From: a virus
Direction: 5' to 3' (one strand)
Length of the DNA: 64,000 bases
IMG/VR virus record: IMGVR_UViG_3300034407_001956
Location: 30,370 to 94,369 of that record
Made by a program: the position numbers and the translations under genes. This document shows, one piece after another, positions 58,145 to 64,000 of this stretch (positions within the stretch are counted from its first letter, which is position 1; every line of letters starts with the position of its first letter). The notes below the pieces were generated by a model that ran no database searches, was not told the origin of the DNA, and saw nothing but the letters and a program-made list of their open reading frames with translations.

Positions 58145-58532
58145 AAAAATAATAAGACCACTACTACAGGAGATTTATCAACCTGATGGTTGGAAGATGC
58201 TAACCTGTTGTATGTTATTAAACCTAACTAATAGAAAACAGGTGGATACAATCAGAGATGAGTTGTTTAGTAAATATCCAACACCAAAGGATATGATGAA
58301 TGCTAATCAATCAGAGTTAGCTGAGTTGTTGAAACCATTGGGATTGTATAATAGACGAGCCAAATCATTAAAGAAGATGAGTGAGGGTTATGTCAAAGGT
58401 TTTAAATCTGTTGATGAGCTATATGGCATAGGACAATATGCTAAAGACTCGTGGGAGATATTTCAGAACAATAATAAAAACGTAAACCCAACAGATAAAG
58501 TTTTGTTGGCATACTTAGATATGGAAATGTAA
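58134..58532 (+). CDS. HhH-GPD DNA glycosylase (MBD4-like)
   Basis: CMLLNLT, LLKPLGLYNRRA, LYGIGQYAKDSWEIF, PTDKVL. Confidence 0.85.
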   Translation: MLHRKIIRPLLQEIYQPDGWKMLTCCMLLNLTNRKQVDTIRDELFSKYPTPKDMMNANQSELAELLKPLGLYNRRAKSLKKMSEGYVKGFKSVDELYGIGQYAKDSWEIFQNNNKNVNPTDKVLLAYLDMEM

Positions 58533-58783
58533 TGAATAAATGGGATAGAGTAGAAAAGAAAAAACGAGTAACATCTCATCAAGACATACAGATGATATAT
58601 TTTAAAACAGCATTGTTTGTATTGATAGCGATAGCATACTTCTATTTTATAATAATGGGTTGGACATTATGAGTAAAAAATACTCTGAAGCAGGAAAGGG
58701 TGATAAGAGTAGGGTGACGGATAAAAAGAAATATGCCGATAATTGGGAAAAGATTTTTGATAAAAAGAAAAAGAGAAAAAAAG

Positions 58784-59107
58784 ATGAATAAAATAAAATC
58801 ATATTGGAGTTTGTTCTCTGAATATTTATATTTAGCAGGTTTAGGTATATTGGTATTTTTGTTTACAGGTTTGTTTTTAAGCATACCATTGTGGTTACTT
58901 TGGAATTGGTTAATGCCAGATATATTTGGTTTACCAACATTAAATATACTACAAACATTTGGATTGACAATACTTATTACACTATTGTCGCCTAAAGAAA
59001 TTAAACTTTCTAAGAAAAACCCTAAGATTATTACAGATACTAAAATGGATATTGATGGGAAATTAGAAGAAGTTTTAAAAGATATTACATCACAATTTAA
59101 AGCTTAG
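58784..59107 (+). CDS. hypothetical membrane protein
   Basis: LWNWLMPDIFGLP motif. Confidence 0.6.
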   Translation: MNKIKSYWSLFSEYLYLAGLGILVFLFTGLFLSIPLWLLWNWLMPDIFGLPTLNILQTFGLTILITLLSPKEIKLSKKNPKIITDTKMDIDGKLEEVLKDITSQFKA

Positions 59108-59295
59108 ACTCTATTTATATCCATAATAAGTGGAGATATGAATGTTAGATTTAGAATGGGTATTAGATTCTTTGAAAGAAGCTAGAGACAATGAAGATTG
59201 GGATTTAATAAAAGAAATAATATCTTATATAGAAAGTCGTGACGACTTTAATGATGACGATAGTTGGTCGGAACATTTAGAAAATATTTAAATAT

Positions 59296-59702
59296 GGGGC
59301 TGTCATTGGAAATCGACAGGTGTTTTTTGAAAATAGAGTGCAACGGAGATTGAGTAGGTCTCGCTAAAAAAAACTCACCAAACTGAAATGGCGATAATTC
59401 GCTTGACGGGTTGGACATTGATTGGCATTTAGCCGAGTATGATTACTCAGCTGCTCCAATCAGCCGTAAGGCAGATGTTCAGCAAACTTACGCTTACGCT
59501 TAAGTTACTGAGTTGTCTAACACTCGGTCATAAAATAAGTTAGACAAACAACTCTTACATATGAGTATAAAGATGTACGGAGCTATCCAATAAAATAGCT
59601 GGTGTGTTGCAGGTACTGTCTCAGAGGGTTGGAACCTGATAAGTTGTGAATGACTTTTTTGATAATACAGACTGGACAGGGGTTCGATTCCCCTCAGCTC
59701 CA
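59296..59702 (+). ncRNA. ssrA: tmRNA
   Basis: GGGGCTG/CAGCTCC-A acceptor with G3.U70, 5' TCGAC motif, 3' GACAGGGGTTCGATTCCCCT T arm, tag ORF 59390-59503. Confidence 0.95.
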
Positions 59703-59720
59703 CAAAATTAAGGAAATAAA

Positions 59721-60131
59721 ATGTCAAGTGTATTACTACCACCAGCAATAGCAGCTAAAGGTTTTATAGATGTATCTATACCAATATCCGCAGGTTCGGG
59801 CGTAGCAGCTGCTGGCTATCCTGGTGTAATTGCTCCTGTAACTGCTAACTTAATATCAGCTATAGCGAGCATAACCGCAATACAAACTGCTTTATTGCCT
59901 ACTGGTGCAATAGCACCACCATCAAAAATTGGAGTAAATATAACTGGCGCTGCGCTTGGACAGATTACAGCAATTCAAACTGCTATCGCAGCAAATGTTA
60001 CTGCCGCTGCTGTACCAGCAACTGTAGCAGCTGGTATTGTTATTCCAGCGGGCGCTACGGCAATAACTGGCGCTTTAACTGCTCTATCAGCATTTATACA
60101 AACAGGATTAATATTACCACAACAAATATAA
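59721..60131 (+). CDS. Ala/Ile/Thr-rich hydrophobic protein
   Basis: 136 aa with only 3 charged residues; ITAIQTA occurs twice. Confidence 0.65.
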   Translation: MSSVLLPPAIAAKGFIDVSIPISAGSGVAAAGYPGVIAPVTANLISAIASITAIQTALLPTGAIAPPSKIGVNITGAALGQITAIQTAIAANVTAAAVPATVAAGIVIPAGATAITGALTALSAFIQTGLILPQQI

Positions 60132-60246
60132 TCTTTTTGACAGTAACAGGTTTTTATATTATATATATTATTATTCCGGATAAGGATGTAGAATTTTTAA
60201 GAAAAAAATTCCCTTTAGGATGTAATTAAAAATAAGGAGTTATATA

Positions 60247-61077
60247 ATGAATGTAACTAGTAAAGTGAATCTACCAACACTTCAAATGGTAGCTTTAAAG
60301 AATTTAAAACCTTTAAAGGATATTAACAGAGCAGAACATAAACCACACACAATATCAATGGAACAAGCTATTAGAGATAATGGTTTTATGGATGTTATAA
60401 AAGTATTTTCTATGAATGAAGATGGAACATATGATATAGCAGAATCTACTCATAGATTTCGTGGATTGAAAAATATTCATATTGATAATCTTGATGTAGA
60501 AGTTCCTTGTGCTATTTTACATTGGAAAGATAAGGATGATAAAGACGAAATCCAAAGAACTATTATTGATTTAAATGTCAATAATAAAGATTGGGAGACT
60601 TTTGATTATGTATCGAGTCATGCAGCTGCTCATTGGAGAGATAAGGAAGTTCATAAGACTTTTGTAGAAATACGAGATAATATGAAAGACTTTGCAAAAA
60701 TAAGTATATCTAATGGAGTTATAGCTAGTGTCTATACTAAAGAACTCCGTAATCACGATGTTCTTAAAAAAGCCGACTTAGCTTGTGATTTTTCTGTAGA
60801 AAGTAAAGATAGAGAGTTTGTAAATACTCTTCTAAATACCCTGCGAAGTTTAAGATTAGAGTTTGGTAAAAAGCAAATGTCAGCTCCATTTCTTCGTAAG
60901 TATGTTTACCATTTATGGAACAAAGCGAAAGAACTTAAATATGATTATAACGAATGGTATTTGTTCGTAGATAAATCCATTGAGTGTATTGAGATGAAAT
61001 TAACTTCTGTTAAAAGTATGCCACAAGATGATATATCTTTTGATGATTGGTTCTCTACAATAAAAGTGAAAAAATAG
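60247..61077 (+). CDS. ParB/Srx-like N-terminal domain protein
   Basis: INR...AIRDNGF...IAESTHRFRGL...LNVNNKDW. Confidence 0.6.
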   Translation: MNVTSKVNLPTLQMVALKNLKPLKDINRAEHKPHTISMEQAIRDNGFMDVIKVFSMNEDGTYDIAESTHRFRGLKNIHIDNLDVEVPCAILHWKDKDDKDEIQRTIIDLNVNNKDWETFDYVSSHAAAHWRDKEVHKTFVEIRDNMKDFAKISISNGVIASVYTKELRNHDVLKKADLACDFSVESKDREFVNTLLNTLRSLRLEFGKKQMSAPFLRKYVYHLWNKAKELKYDYNEWYLFVDKSIECIEMKLTSVKSMPQDDISFDDWFSTIKVKK

Positions 61078-61121
61078 TAAAATAAATTTGTATTTGAACA
61101 TATAAATATATATATATTATT

Positions 61122-61193
61122 GCGGGTGAAGTGTTATAGGAAACACACTTCGATTCCATCGAAGAGATGTAGGTTCGACTCCCACCACCCGCT
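61122..61193 (+). tRNA. non-canonical tRNA-Gly(TCC)
   Basis: Acceptor GCGGGTG/CACCCGC, U73, D stem GTGT/ACAC, anticodon arm CTTCG-ATTCCAT-CGAAG, T arm GTAGG-TTCGACT-CCCAC; deviations A8/U14, A32-U38 and A51.C63. Confidence 0.85.
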
Positions 61194-61251
61194 CAAAATT
61201 TTGGCCAGCGTGGCTACTTAATAATTGAAAATTAAATAAAGAGAGTATAGT

Positions 61252-62445
61252 ATGGGATTCGGAGATTTCTTTGACGAACCAAAATTCGACTTTGATAAAG
61301 AAAAAAAGACATTTGTAGATAATCTAAATCTACTTAAAACAATGTCGGTTCAAGAACAAACATTATATAAAAAGTGGCAAGAATTTAATGCTGATGTATA
61401 TTCAATGACTCAGAAAGCATCTAAATTTAAGAGAATTAATAATTCCCTTTGGATGCCAAAAGACATCAACAATAAAGAACAAACCATAAAAGAGATAGAA
61501 GCATTAGAACCTTATGTTGAAATGTTAGAGCAGGGTAATGCTAAGGATAATGAGACGTGGACATTGGTTCGTAGGTTGATTCATAGTATGGAGTTTACTG
61601 CCAATCCAGGCAGAAATATTAAGTTCTTTGTTAAAGATAAAGTAACCAATAAACTATTGGGTGTTATATGCTTGGGTTCTGATGTAACTTCGTTAGGAGC
61701 TAGAGATAAGTTTATAGGTTGGTCTTTAGATAATAAATTTAAAGATGGTAAATTAAAACATACTGCTATTGGTACAACCATATGTTGTTCTCAACCATTA
61801 GGATTTAATTTCTTAGGTGGTAAGTTAGTAGCCGCTTTAGTTACATCATCTGTAATTAGAGATGCTTGGAAGAAGTTATATGGACAAACATTAGTTGGTT
61901 TATCTACCACAGCTTTATATGGAATTCATTCTATGTACAACTCAATTCCACATTGGAAAACTATGGGTAAGTCAGTAGGTAGAATATCATTGAAGCCAGA
62001 TGATTCCACTTATGATGTATGGCATGATTGGGTAAGGGATAATATGTCAGAAGAGTATACAAAAGCTACCACACAAAAAGAGGGTGTAGCAGGTCCTCCA
62101 ACTGGCGTAAAACAAAAAACAATTAATATGATATTCAAAGCAGTTGGTATTAAACCATCTGATTATCAACACGGATTCCAACGTGGTATTTATTATGCCG
62201 ATATGTATGAGAATGGTAATCAGTTTTTGCGTGGGGAGATAGAAGAGAGTGATTTGAAAATGAAACCTAAGTACAATGATGATAGTGACTACATAATGAA
62301 TTGGTGGAAACCTAAAGCTATCAGAAGATATAGTAAGTTATATGATGAGGGTAGGCTAAAGCCTGAGAAACTTTTTTATGGAGACATTGTAGGTAAAAGT
62401 TGGGAAGAAGTAAAAGAACAATATTTAGGAGAAATTGGAAGATAA
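61252..62445 (+). CDS. DUF4338/DruA-like protein (putative Mom-related GNAT-fold DNA-modifying enzyme)
   Basis: PGRNIKFFV..LLGVICLGSD..ARDKFIGW..QPLGFNFLGGKLVAAL..TTALYG..SMYN. Confidence 0.75.
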   Translation: MGFGDFFDEPKFDFDKEKKTFVDNLNLLKTMSVQEQTLYKKWQEFNADVYSMTQKASKFKRINNSLWMPKDINNKEQTIKEIEALEPYVEMLEQGNAKDNETWTLVRRLIHSMEFTANPGRNIKFFVKDKVTNKLLGVICLGSDVTSLGARDKFIGWSLDNKFKDGKLKHTAIGTTICCSQPLGFNFLGGKLVAALVTSSVIRDAWKKLYGQTLVGLSTTALYGIHSMYNSIPHWKTMGKSVGRISLKPDDSTYDVWHDWVRDNMSEEYTKATTQKEGVAGPPTGVKQKTINMIFKAVGIKPSDYQHGFQRGIYYADMYENGNQFLRGEIEESDLKMKPKYNDDSDYIMNWWKPKAIRRYSKLYDEGRLKPEKLFYGDIVGKSWEEVKEQYLGEIGR

Positions 62446-62448
62446 GTC

Positions 62449-62477
62449 TTGACTTGTATTAAAATATTGTGTATATT
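62449..62477 (+). promoter_or_regulatory. phage early-type promoter
   Basis: TTGACTTGTATT...TATATT. Confidence 0.7.
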
Positions 62478-62628
62478 AAGGTATGAATAAAACACCACAA
62501 AAACACTTTTGGAAAAACGCTATTGTTTTCGTAAATGGTAAACAAGGAAAGATTACCAACTGGGCAAAGAATAAGTTTTTCATTCAATTTTCTAAAACTT
62601 CTAATTGGGTAAATGCTGGACACATAGT

Positions 62629-63270
62629 ATGGAACTAAATAAAAACAATTTGATTAAAGAAAAAGATGTATTCAATATGGTTGATAATAAATTTATAGCT
62701 AATATGTCTCCTATCGATTGGGGTAAGACTATGGCTATCGCCAATGAATACATATGTAGAGATTTAATGACTTCTTTAGGTGGTAAGAAAGTTATACATA
62801 CCGATGAATGTGTTGAGGGTAGTGAAGGTGGTATGCTATTAGAGAGGTTAAACATAGATACTTCAAACAATGGTTCAGGCTTTGATACTATTGTTCTATC
62901 TAATGGTAAAAGAATTCAATGTAAACTCAGACAGGTAAAGGGTAAGACGCCTTATAGTACACAAACCCACTTTGATAATACTCGTAGAACTACAGGTCAG
63001 AATAAAGGTACTGCAGGTGGTGGTGCAAATGGTCATGTTAGATATGGTAGTGGTGAGTTTGATTATGTTTTAGTTTCATTAATAGAAAGTTATAAAGACA
63101 AATCTGTAAGAACAGATTTAAACAAATGGAATTTTTCTTTTATTCCGATTTCTGATTTAGTAGATCCTACGATGCCAGAGTTTTGTTTATCACATATACC
63201 AGCGTCTGTATTAGAAAAGAATAAATTAGAATCTGATAAAGATTGGAAAGATAGATTTAAGGAAGTCTAA
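62629..63270 (+). CDS. putative PD-(D/E)xK-like nuclease
   Basis: ANE...GFDTIV...RIQCKLR, FDYVLV; ATG 62629 preferred as start. Confidence 0.55.
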   Translation: MELNKNNLIKEKDVFNMVDNKFIANMSPIDWGKTMAIANEYICRDLMTSLGGKKVIHTDECVEGSEGGMLLERLNIDTSNNGSGFDTIVLSNGKRIQCKLRQVKGKTPYSTQTHFDNTRRTTGQNKGTAGGGANGHVRYGSGEFDYVLVSLIESYKDKSVRTDLNKWNFSFIPISDLVDPTMPEFCLSHIPASVLEKNKLESDKDWKDRFKEV

Positions 63271-64000
63271 TGAACATATTTGATTTTGCAAAAGAATCGG
63301 ATTCCGATAAGGAATATCCGTATAAAATATTAGTATATCCTAACATCACATATATGCGTGATTTAGAAAAGGATTCTTATGTTGTAGTTTTGCGTAATGT
63401 TATTAAAGAATTAAATAAAATTCGTAATGATATTCATTGGACAATTTTATCTCCTGGTGATATTAAGAGTTTGACATTTGAGAACACAACACAAATACCA
63501 ATCAATCTACCATCTTATCCAAATGCTATGAGATGTCATTTTAATTATAACGAAATCAAAGCTAACCTTAGATGGAAAGAAACTGATTTCGATGTGGTAT
63601 ATTCCCATCTGCCAGAACATACTTTGAATATGACTAACCTATTAGAAAATGATACTAATATCACACCTAAGTATGTTGGTTATTGTCATTGGTATGAGGT
63701 AAATGAAAACACTAACTATAGTAAGCGTATGCTTATGGACAACTATAATGGTATGCTTGAGATGGAAGAGTGTGGCGTAAATAGTATTTGGTTAAAAGAA
63801 TTAGTATTAGAAAAAGCTAAAGAGTGGTACAATAAAGAAACCATTTCTAAATTAGATGAGATTATACAACCACATTATTTAGGTATAGATAAAATAAATA
63901 ATGTAGAAGTTCCAACCAAAAAGAAAACCATCATCTTCAATCATAGAGACAATTACTATACAGGTTGGACTTGGTTTATAGATAGAATGGATGAACTTTA
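63270..64000 (+). CDS. GT-B glycosyltransferase (3' truncated; not in ORF track)
   Basis: Open frame MNIFDFAKE..KILVYPNIT..FDVVYSHLPEH..VGYCHW..TIIFNHR running to the window end. Confidence 0.7.
   Translation, partial: MNIFDFAKESDSDKEYPYKILVYPNITYMRDLEKDSYVVVLRNVIKELNKIRNDIHWTILSPGDIKSLTFENTTQIPINLPSYPNAMRCHFNYNEIKANLRWKETDFDVVYSHLPEHTLNMTNLLENDTNITPKYVGYCHWYEVNENTNYSKRMLMDNYNGMLEMEECGVNSIWLKELVLEKAKEWYNKETISKLDEIIQPHYLGIDKINNVEVPTKKKTIIFNHRDNYYTGWTWFIDRMDEL

Noticed and set aside
61252-62445. Druantia anti-phage defence system
   Set aside because: Only a DruA-like gene is present; there is no DruE helicase or other dru genes, and the context is viral.
606-62870. Minus-strand ORFs in the track, and nested + strand ORFs at 34070, 49061 and 57588
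   Set aside because: They are shadows of well-supported + strand genes or RNAs, with no RBS or recognisable motifs.
1-64000. CRISPR array, IS element or integrase
   Set aside because: No regularly spaced repeats or transposase/integrase motifs were seen; the repeats found are promoters and short boxes.
1-64000. Alternative genetic code
   Set aside because: Genes are intact and tightly packed under the standard code; TAA, TAG and TGA all act as stops; there is no suppressor tRNA.

Overview
This AT-rich, gene-dense window has essentially all genes on the + strand and looks like part of a large T4-like or jumbo tailed phage genome, probably marine (inference). Support comes from PhoH, Hsp20, peptide deformylase, UvsE, a CobS/CobT-like AAA+/VWA pair, a GH108 endolysin, a Mom-like enzyme, tmRNA, tRNAs and many short ORFans; no core capsid or replication genes fall in the window. 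Layout: (1) 1-17.8 kb, a glycan island opening with a complete 2-hydroxyethylphosphonate pathway (PepM, split Ppd, Fe-ADH), followed by NDP-sugar enzymes, methyltransferases and glycosyltransferases. (2) 18-33 kb, accessory genes including a Mu Mom-like enzyme, a TG(A/T)CA-N3-TG(A/T)CA box region, a ~400-nt structured RNA with a tRNA-like domain and tRNA-Gly. (3) 33.7-37.6 kb, a run of proteins sharing an 'MIKLKxLLxE' leader that resembles a capsid-targeting and protease-cleavage tag. (4) 39.6-46.7 kb, a host-envelope island (beta-barrel, MshEN protein, cNMP-binding membrane protein, two type IV pilins behind a sigma54-type promoter, TonB-C), then a second large structured RNA. (5) 47.7-59 kb, VWA/AAA+, nuclease, lysis, Hsp20, PDF and glycosylase genes. 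(6) 59.3-64 kb, tmRNA with a 37-codon tag, a ParB-like gene, a non-canonical tRNA-Gly(UCC) directly upstream of a DUF4338/DruA-like gene, a nuclease-like gene and a glycosyltransferase. The best candidate for a new system is a dedicated non-canonical tRNA-Gly serving as glycine donor for DNA hypermodification. All family calls are from motif recognition by eye; no searches were run.
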